A stretch of DNA of 64,000 nucleotides. Source: Chloroflexota bacterium. Its GTDB lineage: Bacteria > Chloroflexota > UBA11872 > VXNJ01. Below, piece after piece: positions 1 through 10,042 of this stretch. The stretch lies in contig OZ242304.1 in NCBI GenBank assembly GCA_965207915.1, forward strand, positions 1,389,581 through 1,453,580, in the 5' to 3' direction. Each line of letters starts with the position of its first letter. Within the stretch, counting starts at the first letter, position 1. The position numbers and the translations under genes were made by a program. The notes under the pieces were generated by a model. It ran no database searches and was not told the origin of the DNA. It saw only the letters and a program-made list of their open reading frames with translations.

Positions 1-79
1 GGGCTTGGTAAGGGGTTCTGGGGGTCAAGAATAGGGGTGGTCAAATTCCCAGAAACTCCATTGCCCAGAGGCCCCGAAG

Positions 80-2680
80 ATGCCGATTTCGACCAGTTCC
101 AAGTGGCCCGTTCTCACCAGTTACCCGCAGGACCGATTGCGGGCGATCGGGATGCCCCTGGGCGGTATCGGCACGGGGTGCGTTTCGCTCGGCGGGCGCG
201 GCCAACTGCGCGACTGGGAGATCGTGAACCGGCCGGCCAAGGGGTTTTCACCCCGTCAGCGGCTGGGCAGCGCGACGTTTTTTGCAATCTGGCTCAAAGC
301 CGGCGACGGGGAGCCGCAGGCGCTGTCGCTGGAGGGGACGATCGATCAGGCCGATTACGAGGGTTTTAGGGGCAGCGAGGTTCCCAATCACGGGCTGCCG
401 CACTGGCGCGAGTGCTCGTTTCACGCCGCCTACCCGTTCGGCCAGGTCTGCCTTTCGGATCCGGCGGTGCCGGCCTCGGTGCGGATCGAGGCGTTCAACC
501 CCCTGATCCCGGGCGATGCCGACGCCAGCGGAATGCCGTTCGCGGCCCTGCGCTTCGTGGTGGCCAACGAGTCCGAGTCGGAGCTGGAAGCCTCGATCTG
601 CGGTTCGCTCGATAACTTCATCGGCACCGACGGCAATCGCGGGCAGCCCGATGCAAACCGCAACCGCTTCCGGCAGGCGGACGGCTTCCAGGGCATCTAC
701 ATGGATTCGGAGGGCGTTGCGCCCGGCTCCGAGCAGTGGGGCACCATGGCCCTGGTTACGACCGCTCCGGAGTGCAGCTACCGGACCGCCTGGCCCAACC
801 CCGGCTGGGGCAACTACCTGCTGGACTTCTGGGACGAGTTCGCAGCCGACGGCAAGATTGCCGACCGCCCCGCCGAGGAGTCGCTGGCGGTCGGATCGCT
901 GGCGGTGCCGCTCAAGGTCGCACCGGGCGAAGAGGCCTCGGTCACGTTCCTGCTCAGCTGGCACTTTCCCAACCGACTCACCTGGGACATGCATCGCATG
1001 GGTGCCGACTGCTGCGCCGACGGCGACTGCGGCTGCGGGCAGCCGAGCGACTGCTGCGCCGATGACGATGGCTGCTGTGATGGGACCGGCAATCCGGACT
1101 GGATCGGCAACCACTATGCCACCCGTTTCGACGATGCCTGGGAGGCGGCCGCGGCCGCGGTCGGGCAACTGGATGAACTGGAGCGGCGCAGCCTGGAGTT
1201 CGTGGGCGCCTTTCTGGGCACGGACCTGCCGGGCGCGGTCAAGGAGGCGGCCCTCTTCAACCTCTCGACGCTCAAGTCGCAAACCTGTTTCCGCACCGCC
1301 GACGGGCGTTTCTACGGATGGGAGGGCTGCAACGACGCGGTCGGCTGCTGCCCGGGCTCCTGCACCCACGTCTGGAACTACGAGCAGGCGCTGGCCTACC
1401 TGTTCGGGGACCTGGCCCGCAGCATGCGCGAGGTCGAGTTCGCCCACGCGACCGACGCCGAGGGCAAGATGTCCTTCCGGGTGATGCTGCCGCTGGAGGG
1501 GCGGGCCACCGAGTTCGTATCGGCCGCCGCCGACGGCCAGCTGGGTTGCGTCATGAAGCTTTACCGCGAGTGGCGCCTCAGCGGAGACGACGACTTTCTG
1601 GCCGAACTCTGGCCACACTGCAAGCGGGCGCTGGAGTACTGCTGGGTCGAGGGCGGCTGGGACGGCGACCGCGACGGGGTGATGGAAGGCTGCCAGCACA
1701 ACACCATGGACGTGGAGTACTTCGGCCCCAACCCGCAGATGCAGGGATGGTATCTCGGTGCGCTGCGCGCAGCCGAGGAAATGGCCCGCCACCTGGGCGA
1801 GCGCGACTTCGCCGAAAAATGCCGCCGCCTGTTCGAGGCCGGCAGCGCCTGGTCCGACGCCAACTTATTCAACGGCGAGTACTACGAGCACCAGATAGTC
1901 CCGATCGGCGATCCGGCCGAAATCGCGCCCGGTCTACGCATCGAGTCGATGGGCGCGCGCGACGTTTCCGACCCGGACCTGCAACTGGGCCCGGGCTGCC
2001 TGGTCGACCAGCTGGTCGGGCAGTTCTTCGCTCACCTAAACGGCCTCGGCTACCTGCTGTCGCCCGAGAACGTGGCCGCCACCCACGCGGCGATCATGCG
2101 CCACAACTTCCGCCGCTCCTTCTTCCACCATTTCAATCACGCCCGGACCTACGTCCTCAACGACGAACAGGCCCTGCTGATGGCGACCTGGCCGCGCGGC
2201 GGGCGCCCCAAACGGCCGTTCCCTTACGCCAACGAAGTCATGACCGGATTCGAGTACACCGCCGCCGTGGGCATGATCTTGGAGGGCCAGTTGGCCAGCG
2301 GGTTGGAGGTGATCGAGGCGGTCCGGGCCCGCTACGACGGCCGGCGCCGGAACCCCTTCGACGAGGCCGAATGCGGCCACCACTACGCCCGCGCGATGGC
2401 TTCCTGGGGAGCCGTTCTGGCCCTTTCCGGTTACCAGTACTGCGGGGTCAGCCGGCAGATGCGATTTGCGGCACGCGAGCAGTTCGCCTTTTGGTCCAAC
2501 GGGTCCGCCTTCGGGCGCTGCCGGATCAGCGCTAACGGCGAGGGCTGGGAGGTCGAACTCGGCTGCTCGGAAGGCCGACTGGATCTCGAGGGCTTCGAAT
2601 TGGACGGGGCCGGAGCGGCCGAACTGTCCGCTCCCCTGTCGATTTCGGCCGGCGCGTCGGTGACGCTGCGAGTGGCCTGA
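80..2680 (+). CDS. Glycoside hydrolase family 116 (GBA2-type beta-glucosidase / glucosylceramidase-like)
   Basis: 866-aa ORF. N-terminal GH116 motif PLGGIGTG and a large (alpha/alpha)6-type catalytic region. No signal peptide. Contains an unusual Cys-rich insert (CCADGDCGCG...CCADDDGCCDG). Confidence 0.8.
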   Translation: MPISTSSKWPVLTSYPQDRLRAIGMPLGGIGTGCVSLGGRGQLRDWEIVNRPAKGFSPRQRLGSATFFAIWLKAGDGEPQALSLEGTIDQADYEGFRGSEVPNHGLPHWRECSFHAAYPFGQVCLSDPAVPASVRIEAFNPLIPGDADASGMPFAALRFVVANESESELEASICGSLDNFIGTDGNRGQPDANRNRFRQADGFQGIYMDSEGVAPGSEQWGTMALVTTAPECSYRTAWPNPGWGNYLLDFWDEFAADGKIADRPAEESLAVGSLAVPLKVAPGEEASVTFLLSWHFPNRLTWDMHRMGADCCADGDCGCGQPSDCCADDDGCCDGTGNPDWIGNHYATRFDDAWEAAAAAVGQLDELERRSLEFVGAFLGTDLPGAVKEAALFNLSTLKSQTCFRTADGRFYGWEGCNDAVGCCPGSCTHVWNYEQALAYLFGDLARSMREVEFAHATDAEGKMSFRVMLPLEGRATEFVSAAADGQLGCVMKLYREWRLSGDDDFLAELWPHCKRALEYCWVEGGWDGDRDGVMEGCQHNTMDVEYFGPNPQMQGWYLGALRAAEEMARHLGERDFAEKCRRLFEAGSAWSDANLFNGEYYEHQIVPIGDPAEIAPGLRIESMGARDVSDPDLQLGPGCLVDQLVGQFFAHLNGLGYLLSPENVAATHAAIMRHNFRRSFFHHFNHARTYVLNDEQALLMATWPRGGRPKRPFPYANEVMTGFEYTAAVGMILEGQLASGLEVIEAVRARYDGRRRNPFDEAECGHHYARAMASWGAVLALSGYQYCGVSRQMRFAAREQFAFWSNGSAFGRCRISANGEGWEVELGCSEGRLDLEGFELDGAGAAELSAPLSISAGASVTLRVA

Positions 2681-2694
2681 GGGGTAAGCCTCAG
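2677..2694. terminator. Short hairpin (CTGAGG-GGTAAG-CCTCAG) spanning the two convergent stop codons; possible bidirectional terminator
   Basis: 6-bp inverted repeat read directly from the sequence between convergent genes. There is no U-tract, so the call is weak. Confidence 0.2.
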
Positions 2695-3533
2695 CCGACC
2701 CGCTGGGCGCTGAAAACCAGAGTCAGCTGCACGTCGTCATCCACCCCGGCCACGCGCGGCACGCTGGGAATCTGTAGATCGAAATCGGACCGTAACACCT
2801 CGGTGCTGGCCTCGCCGTTTATCTGATCCTCGGAGGCAAGGGTGACACTCACGGCCCAGACTGTCGAGACGGTGATTTCACGGATGGTCAGATCGCCCAC
2901 CACCTCGAAATCGACCTTGTCGCCTACCGCCACCGAGTCCGGCAACCCGCGCAGTTCGGTCGGAGCAAACGAGATGAACTCGTAAAGGTCCTGGCTTGAT
3001 TCCAGGATCGAATTGCGGATGGCGCGGTCGCGGAAGGGGTTGTCGGTTTCCAGGGTGCGGGCGTTAATCAAGATCGTGCCGAGCTGTGAAGCGGCAGGGT
3101 CGGCCCAGTCGATGACGATGTCACCGGCCGCCTCGTCGGTGATACCCAGGGCGGTGAACGGGGCGTTGTTGAGGATTTCGTCCACGGCGAAGCTGGCCGT
3201 GGCGTCTCCGTCGCCGAAGCGGTAAAGCACCGCATCACCGCTGGGCTCAAGCGCCGGGGCCGGAGACGGCGCAGCGGTCGGCTCGACCGGGGTCGGGGCG
3301 GGCGGTTCGGGAACCGACTGAACTGGCGCGGGAGTTTCCGCGGGGGCGGCGGCCGGTTGGGCGGCCGGAGCCGGCGTGGCGGCCGGGACGGTCAGCGTCG
3401 GAGCCGGCGTCGGGCCCGAAGCTTCGGGCGAACCCTGCGTCCACCAGATCGCAAACCCGGCCACCAGGGCGATGTCAAGGACTATGAATGCGACCAGGAT
3501 CGGCCGCCATCGGCGTCGGAGAAAAGCGATCAT
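2691..3533 (-). CDS. YceI-like domain protein with N-terminal transmembrane anchor and Pro/Ala-rich linker
   Basis: N-terminal hydrophobic helix (ILVAFIVLDIALVAGFAIWW) followed by a PAPT-rich low-complexity segment. C-terminal ~170 aa shows the YceI family pattern (INARTLETDNPFRDRAIRNS...LRSDFDL). Confidence 0.6.
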   Translation of the reverse strand: MIAFLRRRWRPILVAFIVLDIALVAGFAIWWTQGSPEASGPTPAPTLTVPAATPAPAAQPAAAPAETPAPVQSVPEPPAPTPVEPTAAPSPAPALEPSGDAVLYRFGDGDATASFAVDEILNNAPFTALGITDEAAGDIVIDWADPAASQLGTILINARTLETDNPFRDRAIRNSILESSQDLYEFISFAPTELRGLPDSVAVGDKVDFEVVGDLTIREITVSTVWAVSVTLASEDQINGEASTEVLRSDFDLQIPSVPRVAGVDDDVQLTLVFSAQRVG

Positions 3534-3583
3534 CGGCTGTCCTGGGGGCTATCGGAGATTCGTGCGGCCCTGTCTGGCCGCGA

Positions 3584-5095
3584 TCAGTGAACGCCGAGCC
3601 GGAAAAGATCGCGCGGCGGGTGCGGGTAGCGCTCGACCAGCAGGTGCTGGAGCAGCAGGTCTCGCATCTGCTGGCGGAACCGGCGGTGGGTCGGGTCGGC
3701 TGCTAGATTTTCCTGCTCGTCGGGGTCGGCCGCAAGGTCGAACAGCTGCTCGCCCGCCCCCTCCCCGTACAGCGAATAGCGGGCGTCGACAGTGCGGACC
3801 GTCTTGACCCAATTCCCCGGCAAGCGCGAGTCCAGGTTGTTAAACGACTCGATGAATACCGCCTCGCGCCAGTCGGACGGGGTCCGGCCGCGGGCCAGTT
3901 CGAGCAGCGACCTGCCGGCGCAGAAAGGGGCGGCCGGCTGCCCGGGGACCGGGCGCCGCTCGTCCGGCCGGGGACAGGGTAGGCCGGCGGCCTCCAAGAT
4001 CGTCGGGTAGATGTCCTCGATAGCGGCCAGATCGTCGCAGACCTGCCCTTGCGCCAGGCCCGGCCCGCTGATCAGCAGCGGCACCCGGACGCAGGCGTCA
4101 TAGTGGAAGCTGTCCTTGAAAATCAGGCCGTGATCGAGCAGCAGGTCGCCGTGATCGGCCAGCGCGATCACGTAGGTGTCGCGCTGGCGCCCGGCGTCCG
4201 CCAGCCCGTCCAGGACCCGCCCCAGCTGGCGGTCAAGGTGCACCATGTCGGCGAAATAGTGCTCGCGCGCGGCGCGCCATTCGTACTTCTCCGCCACCGC
4301 GGCGCGGGCGCCGAAGGCCGGCGGAGCGAGGGGGTCGTCGCGCCAGGCCGCCGGCACCGGTTCGGGGACGTAATCGAAGTTGACGAATCGCCGGAAACCG
4401 CGCGGCGGAGCATAGGGATTGTGTGGCTGGACGTAGCCGATCTGGCAGAGCAGCGATTGGCCGGGAGGGGTAGAGGCGATCGAATCAAGGGCGCGGTCGG
4501 TAATCCAGTTGGACTGTGAAACCCTGGCCGGAAACGGCAGTTCGTAAACGTTGCCCGGCATCGGCAGGCCGGCCATCAGCTCGGTGAGGTTTTCGCGCTG
4601 CGGGCCGTATTCGGAAAACTCGTCCATCTCGCGCGCCCAGATGGTGGTCAGGACCGCGCGGAAGTGCTCGGGATGCTCGGCCCGGACCCAGTCGAGCCAG
4701 GCTCCGCCGCGCGGGTCCTCGGTGATGTGCTGTTCGCTGAACCCGTAGGGTCGGTAGTCGGGTTCCAGGCTCTCCCAGTGGGGCCGCAGGTGCAGCTTGC
4801 CGCAGGCGGCGGTGTGCCAACCGGCCTCGGAAAGCGCTCCCATGAAAGTGGGCAGTTCGGGCGAGAGCGCATAGCCCAGCTGCATGACGCCGTGGGCGCT
4901 GGAGCGCAGGCCGGTGGCGATGCTGGCGCGGGCCGGGCTGCAGACCGGGTTGGTCGAGAAGCAGCGTGAGAAATAGGTGCCTTGGCCGGCCAGGCGGGCA
5001 AAGTTCGGCAGGTCGGCCGCCCCGCGCAGGCCGGCTTCCAGCCAGGACGCCGCCAGCTGGTCATAGACGATCAGGACGACGTTGGGCGTCGCCAC
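3584..5095 (-). CDS. Sulfatase (arylsulfatase family)
   Basis: 503 aa. Formylglycine motif CSPARAS near the N-terminus (NPVCSPARASIATG) and the typical sulfatase N-terminal fold (VVLIVYDQL). GTG start. No signal peptide. Confidence 0.85.
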   Translation of the reverse strand: MATPNVVLIVYDQLAASWLEAGLRGAADLPNFARLAGQGTYFSRCFSTNPVCSPARASIATGLRSSAHGVMQLGYALSPELPTFMGALSEAGWHTAACGKLHLRPHWESLEPDYRPYGFSEQHITEDPRGGAWLDWVRAEHPEHFRAVLTTIWAREMDEFSEYGPQRENLTELMAGLPMPGNVYELPFPARVSQSNWITDRALDSIASTPPGQSLLCQIGYVQPHNPYAPPRGFRRFVNFDYVPEPVPAAWRDDPLAPPAFGARAAVAEKYEWRAAREHYFADMVHLDRQLGRVLDGLADAGRQRDTYVIALADHGDLLLDHGLIFKDSFHYDACVRVPLLISGPGLAQGQVCDDLAAIEDIYPTILEAAGLPCPRPDERRPVPGQPAAPFCAGRSLLELARGRTPSDWREAVFIESFNNLDSRLPGNWVKTVRTVDARYSLYGEGAGEQLFDLAADPDEQENLAADPTHRRFRQQMRDLLLQHLLVERYPHPPRDLFRLGVH

Positions 5096-5125
5096 AGGCC
5101 GGCTCCTGGACCGGTGCGGGTTGTT

Positions 5126-5509
5126 CTAGTCGGCGCTGTTCTCCAGCAACTCGATTTCATACCCGTCGGGGTCGTCGATGAACGCCATTTTCAGGTTGGC
5201 GAACGCCGATCGCCAGTCGTCCGGCCAGATCTCGACGCCTTTTTGCTCCAGGCCCTCGCAGTAGGCTGTCAGGTCGTCGACGCCGATCGCAAAGTGCATG
5301 AGGTCCTCGGGAACGGCGAGATCGTAATCGGGCGAATAGGTCAGCTCGAGGGTGTGGGCGTTGCCGGGCAATTCGAGGTGCGCGATCTGGTTTCCGTGCG
5401 GCGAACGGGCGCTGCGCGATTTGACGACGAAACCGAAGTGTTCCTCGTAGAAGCTGATCGAATTTTCCAGGTCGGCGACCCGGATGCGGGTGTGGAGGAA
5501 CGTGTTCAT
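5126..5509 (-). CDS. VOC/glyoxalase family protein (lactoylglutathione lyase-like)
   Basis: 127 aa. HTRIRVADLENSISFYEEHFGF is the typical glyoxalase I N-terminal motif. Confidence 0.75.
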   Translation of the reverse strand: MNTFLHTRIRVADLENSISFYEEHFGFVVKSRSARSPHGNQIAHLELPGNAHTLELTYSPDYDLAVPEDLMHFAIGVDDLTAYCEGLEQKGVEIWPDDWRSAFANLKMAFIDDPDGYEIELLENSAD

Positions 5510-5590
5510 GGGTATGCGAGACCTTTGACCGGACTGGCGGCATTCATTCGAAAAATTTTCCTGTAACCCGTCGGTTGGGCCGCGGCCGAA

Positions 5591-6331
5591 TCAATCGCGC
5601 TCGTAGACCGAGATGTGGCCGGGGCTGGCGGCCGTGAAGGGGGAGCGGTGCCAATCGGCCCAACGCGAACGCAACCGCAATCCGGCCAGCCGGGCCATCA
5701 GGTCGAGCTCGGCGGGCCAGGCGTAACGGATCGCCACCGGGAAGATCTCTATTCCGGCGGGCGAGAGGCGCAGATGTGAAGAAACGACCGACTGGGTGAC
5801 CGGGTCGTGGCGGTCGAGATTGACGGTGACGCTGTCTGGCGCTATGTTGCCGGTCGAGATGTGCTGGCCGCGCTCGAAGCGGCCCATGTCGGGCACGAAG
5901 GCCTCGATCACCAGGGTCCCGTCGTCGCCAAGGTGGCGGGCGACCGACTGCAGGCAACTGACCTGTTCGTCCTGACTGGTGAGGGCAAAAAACGTGTTGA
6001 AAACAACGAATACCAGCGAATACGACGACCCCAGATCAAACCGGGCGAAGTCCCCGAGATGCACCGGAATATCGGCCCCGCCCGGTTTCTGGCGCATTTT
6101 TTCAATCATGGCCGCGGATGCATCCAATCCTTCGACCTTCACTCCGCGCCGCGCCATCGGCAGGGCAATGCGCCCGGTGCCGATCCCCAGCTCTAGCGCC
6201 GGGCCGTCGCCGGCCAGTTCGGCGAGGATTTTGATCGCGGGATCGACTGCTTCGGGGGTGTCAAGGTGGGCATGGACCTGGTCGTAGACCTCGGCCCAGC
6301 GGTCGCCGTACGTGGATGCGTCGTTTTCCAT
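5591..6331 (-). CDS. Class I SAM-dependent methyltransferase
   Basis: 246 aa taken from the internal ATG (MENDASTYG...). SAM-binding motif LELGIGTGRIALPMA and motif II/III spacing are present. The long upstream extension of the track ORF (to 7426) is a shadow of the SDR gene on the other strand. Confidence 0.7.
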   Translation of the reverse strand: MENDASTYGDRWAEVYDQVHAHLDTPEAVDPAIKILAELAGDGPALELGIGTGRIALPMARRGVKVEGLDASAAMIEKMRQKPGGADIPVHLGDFARFDLGSSYSLVFVVFNTFFALTSQDEQVSCLQSVARHLGDDGTLVIEAFVPDMGRFERGQHISTGNIAPDSVTVNLDRHDPVTQSVVSSHLRLSPAGIEIFPVAIRYAWPAELDLMARLAGLRLRSRWADWHRSPFTAASPGHISVYERD

Positions 6332-6511
6332 CAAAAGACTGTACAGCCCGCATCGGAGCAGTCCGACTGCAGTCCGGATCCGGGTGCGGGGCGCGGGCCC
6401 GGTTAACCCCAAAATTGGGTCGGCCGGACCTGGTTCCGGTGCAGTTGCTTCCCGATGTCGACCGAGGGTTCGCCCGGCCGCCCGATCGATGCCCCAAAAA
6501 GGAGAAAACCG

Positions 6512-7282
6512 ATGGATTCGCGTGTGGCCTGGATAACCGGTTCGGGTCGGGGACTCGGCGCGGCGATCGCGCGGCGCCTGGCGGCCGACGGCCTGACCGT
6601 CTGCCTGAGCGACCTGGACCTTGCCGCGGCGCAGGAAGTGGCCGCGGAAATCGAGTCCGCCGGCGGCGCGGCGCTGGCCATGCACGGCGACGTGACCGAT
6701 CAGGAATCGACTGATTCCAACATCGGCCAGATCCTGGACAGCTACGGAAGGATCGATGTCCTGGTGGCCAACGCCGGCATCATCATCGCCGGTCCGCCGG
6801 AGGAATTGGACATTGAAAAATTCCAGAAGATTCTGGATGTAAACACTCTGGGCGTCTGGCGCTGCAACCGGGCGGTGGTGCCGACCATGAAGCGGCAGCG
6901 CAGCGGCAAGATCATCAACTGCGCCTCGATCGCCGGCCACCGCGGCAGCAAGGACAACGCGATCTACTGCGCCTCGAAGTTCGCGGTCGTGGGCCTGACC
7001 CAGGCGCTGGCCCACGACATGGCCGAATTCGGCGTTACCGTCAACGCCTACTGCCCGGGGATCGTCGATACCGACATGTGGGTCTATATGGACAAGGTCC
7101 GCAGCGACCTGATGGGCCGCGAGCTCGGCGCCGGATTGCAGGCGGCAATCGACCAGATTCCCCTGGGGCGCGTCGAACAGCCCGAGGACGTAGCCAATTT
7201 CGTCAGCTTCCTGGCTTCGCCCGACTCGGATTACATGACCGGCCAGTCGGTGAACATCTGCGGCGGGCTCCACATGCTCTGA
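6512..7282 (+). CDS. SDR family NAD(P)-dependent oxidoreductase
   Basis: TGSGRGLGAAIARRLA Rossmann motif, NAG motif (VANAGI) and catalytic YxxxK (YCASK). Strong RBS AAAGGAG lies 7 nt upstream of the ATG at 6512. Confidence 0.85.
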   Translation: MDSRVAWITGSGRGLGAAIARRLAADGLTVCLSDLDLAAAQEVAAEIESAGGAALAMHGDVTDQESTDSNIGQILDSYGRIDVLVANAGIIIAGPPEELDIEKFQKILDVNTLGVWRCNRAVVPTMKRQRSGKIINCASIAGHRGSKDNAIYCASKFAVVGLTQALAHDMAEFGVTVNAYCPGIVDTDMWVYMDKVRSDLMGRELGAGLQAAIDQIPLGRVEQPEDVANFVSFLASPDSDYMTGQSVNICGGLHML

Positions 7283-7322
7283 TGCGCATGGCGCAACGGG
7301 CAGTACGGCAACTTCTGGCAGA

Positions 7323-8324
7323 TTGAACGCAACCGCTAACCCGACCACCCGAAGGGCCCGGACGGACAGCCTATACCTGGACCCCTGGGACCATTCCAGC
7401 GCTCTATTGGAAGCCGATCTGCCCACACCGGATCAGGTCGAACCAGATGACGTCGACGTAACCGTAGAGACCGACGGGCCCTGGACCGCGCTGGCCCCGC
7501 CGGCTCCGTCTGCGGCCCCGCCAGTCACGTTCGTCGACGGAGTTCGCAGGACCCACGCGCGGCTCTATCACCAGGGTCCGGATGGGATTGTGGTGCCCGG
7601 ATTGTGCGCCTCGATCGCGGCCGGCAGCTGCACCTGGGAACCGGACGCCGGTCCGGCCCGTTCGCACTTTGGCCTGGTTCGCGCGCGGCGGGTCTGCCTG
7701 TTCGGGAACGGCAAGATGATCAAGCTTCCCGCGGCCGACGAGGTCAAGTTCGAGTCGATATCGAGCCCGGCCCACGACCTACCCGGACTGAGCGCGGCGC
7801 TCAACCAGCGAATGCGCGAGCTGGAGCTCGGGATCACGCGCGACGCGGACACCGGCGCCGGAATGCTGGTAGCCGACGGCCGGCTGGGCCGGCTGGGCGA
7901 CGTCGAGGTGATCGGATACATCAAGTCGCATCACCGGACCTATCTGCAGGATCCGGCGCAACGTCGCCTGGCGGGCGAGCTGGCGGCGGGTCAGCGCACG
8001 CCGCTCTTCGCCATCGGCGGCGCGGTCGAGGTCTATTCCTGGTACCTGGGCCTGTCCGCCGACGTTGACGCCCCGCCCTGGGCGGGAGTTGCCCGCTGCG
8101 AGGTCTCGGCCGCACTTGGCCGCCAGCGCGCGGCGCAATTGGCCGACCAGGCGACGACGCTGTTGCCGCGCGCGGTCCTGCCGCCGTGGCGCGAGGCGCG
8201 CTCGCCCCAGAACCTGGGCCCGATCGCCGCCCTGGAATGGCAGCTGCGACGCGAGCTGGGCGACGCCGGACTGCTGCGGCGCGCGATCGAGCTGGCGGTG
8301 CGGGCGTGGGAGGACGGGGAGTGA
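7323..8324 (+). CDS. NurA-like nuclease (putative partner of HerA)
   Basis: 333 aa with TTG start. The FVDG and LVADGRLGRL motifs are compatible with the NurA RNase-H-like DGS motifs. It sits immediately upstream of the HerA-like ATPase, and its stop overlaps the HerA GTG start (GTGA). Confidence 0.45.
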   Translation: MNATANPTTRRARTDSLYLDPWDHSSALLEADLPTPDQVEPDDVDVTVETDGPWTALAPPAPSAAPPVTFVDGVRRTHARLYHQGPDGIVVPGLCASIAAGSCTWEPDAGPARSHFGLVRARRVCLFGNGKMIKLPAADEVKFESISSPAHDLPGLSAALNQRMRELELGITRDADTGAGMLVADGRLGRLGDVEVIGYIKSHHRTYLQDPAQRRLAGELAAGQRTPLFAIGGAVEVYSWYLGLSADVDAPPWAGVARCEVSAALGRQRAAQLADQATTLLPRAVLPPWREARSPQNLGPIAALEWQLRRELGDAGLLRRAIELAVRAWEDGE

Positions 8325-10036
8325 GCGGCGGGGTCGACCAGCGCGTCGGCCTGGTCAGCGGGATCGAACCCTCGGCCAGCGGCGAGTTCGTGGTCGCTCT
8401 GGATCCGCAGGCCCACCTCGCGGTTGACGACCTGGTCTGCGTGCAGAGCGCGGTGCCCGGCATCCCGGACCCGGTCCTGACGTTCGGGATCGTGACCGAG
8501 AACCACGCCGCCCTGGAGGGGGCCCAGTACCAGTCCGACACCCACCGCATCAGCGACGAGGGCCTGCGGCCGGCGCAGTTGGTCCGATCGGCACAGATCG
8601 CCGTCACCCGGATACTGCCGGAGGTCTGGGTCGCTCCCAGCCCCGGCGCGCCGGTATTCAGGGTCGCCGGCGAGCGTCGCCGCCAGGCGATCTACCACGA
8701 CACGATGAGCCGGCCACTGGCGGTCGGAGTCGACACCCGCGGCGAACCGGTCTTTATCGACGTGCGCTACTTCGACGGCGACAGCGGCGGACACATGTCG
8801 ATCTCGGGCATTTCCGGAGTGGCCACCAAGACCACCTACGCGCTTTTCTTCCTGCGGTTGCTGGTCAGCGGCGGACTGGGCCCGGAGGCGGCCAACACCA
8901 GGGTTCTGGTCTTCAACGTCAAGGGCGAGGACCTGCTCTGGCTGGACAAGCGCTCGAACCAGTTCTCCGCCGAGGACGAGCGCGCCTGGCGCCGGCTCGG
9001 GACCGAAGCCGGCCCCTTCGCCCTGGCCGGCGGCGCCGGCTCGGGACCGAGCGTCTCCTTCTGGGCGCCGGCCGCCCCGGCCGCGCCGGACACCGTCGTC
9101 CCCGACGTGGCCGGGCGCCAGGACGGAGTCGGGGCCTTCTACTGGACCCCGCGCGAGTTCGTGCAACAGGGACTGTTGCGGTTCGTGTTCGCCGACCCCG
9201 CCGACGAGCGCTCGCAGCTCGGATTCGTCGAGGAGCGGGTCCGCACCCGCCTGCAGCGCGAATGCCAGGCGGCCGGCCGGAACGGGGCGCTGCTGCTGGA
9301 TGGAAACCGGATCGAGGACCTTGGTTCGCTGGCCCGGGCAATCGGGCAAAAGCTTGAACCCGAGGACGACCAGGAAGCCGATTACGCCTGGACCGGCCGG
9401 GTGGCCGCAGGGACGATTTCGGCGTTCATGCGCCGCCTGCTGGCGGCCGCCTCCCCGATGCGGCTGGGCCGGCTGGTGCGCTGCGGCCCGCCGCGCGGCA
9501 TCGACCGCGGCCTGGCCAACCTGACGGTGGTCTCGATCGCCAACCTTCACGAGCACGCCCAGCGATTCGTGGTCGGCGCGCTGCTCAAGGAGACGTTCGA
9601 GGAAAAGGAACGCACCGGCACGCGGCTGCCGCTCTCGGTGGTGATGCTGGACGAACTGAACAAGTACGCGCCGCGCAGCGGCGATTCGCCGATCAAGGAG
9701 ATGCTGGTCGACATCGCCCAGCGCGGCCGCTCGCTGGGGGTGCTGCTGGTGGGCGCCCAGCAGAGTGCATCGCGGGTCGACGCCTCGGTGCTGGACAACG
9801 CCGCGATCAAGGTCGTCGGACGCATGGACGCGGCCGAAGTGATGCACGACCAGTACGGCTGGATGCTGCCTTCGATGCGCCAGCGGGCGCGGCTGCTGCG
9901 CCCCGGGCAGATGGTCCTGCAGCAGCCGACCGTGCCCGTTCCGCTGACGCTGCGCTTCCCGCGCGTGCCGTGGGCCACGCGCGCCGACGAAGTCGCCGAC
10001 GACCCGGCGGCCGATCCTTTCGCCGGCCTTGCCTAG
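8321..10036 (+). CDS. HerA/FtsK-superfamily ATPase (DUF87, HerA-like)
   Basis: Walker B SVVMLDELNKY and the HerA-like C-terminal region. The Walker A is deviant (SGISGVATKTT: Lys is present but Thr replaces the preceding Gly). Start taken at the GTG overlapping the upstream stop codon. Confidence 0.6.
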   Translation: MSGGVDQRVGLVSGIEPSASGEFVVALDPQAHLAVDDLVCVQSAVPGIPDPVLTFGIVTENHAALEGAQYQSDTHRISDEGLRPAQLVRSAQIAVTRILPEVWVAPSPGAPVFRVAGERRRQAIYHDTMSRPLAVGVDTRGEPVFIDVRYFDGDSGGHMSISGISGVATKTTYALFFLRLLVSGGLGPEAANTRVLVFNVKGEDLLWLDKRSNQFSAEDERAWRRLGTEAGPFALAGGAGSGPSVSFWAPAAPAAPDTVVPDVAGRQDGVGAFYWTPREFVQQGLLRFVFADPADERSQLGFVEERVRTRLQRECQAAGRNGALLLDGNRIEDLGSLARAIGQKLEPEDDQEADYAWTGRVAAGTISAFMRRLLAAASPMRLGRLVRCGPPRGIDRGLANLTVVSIANLHEHAQRFVVGALLKETFEEKERTGTRLPLSVVMLDELNKYAPRSGDSPIKEMLVDIAQRGRSLGVLLVGAQQSASRVDASVLDNAAIKVVGRMDAAEVMHDQYGWMLPSMRQRARLLRPGQMVLQQPTVPVPLTLRFPRVPWATRADEVADDPAADPFAGLA

Positions 10037-10042
10037 CCGGGC

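Noticed and set aside
6332-7426. Upstream extension of the methyltransferase ORF (track ORF 5591..7426)
   Set aside because: The extension is antisense to the well-supported SDR gene and is Arg/Gly-rich. The MTase homology begins at the internal ATG (6331).
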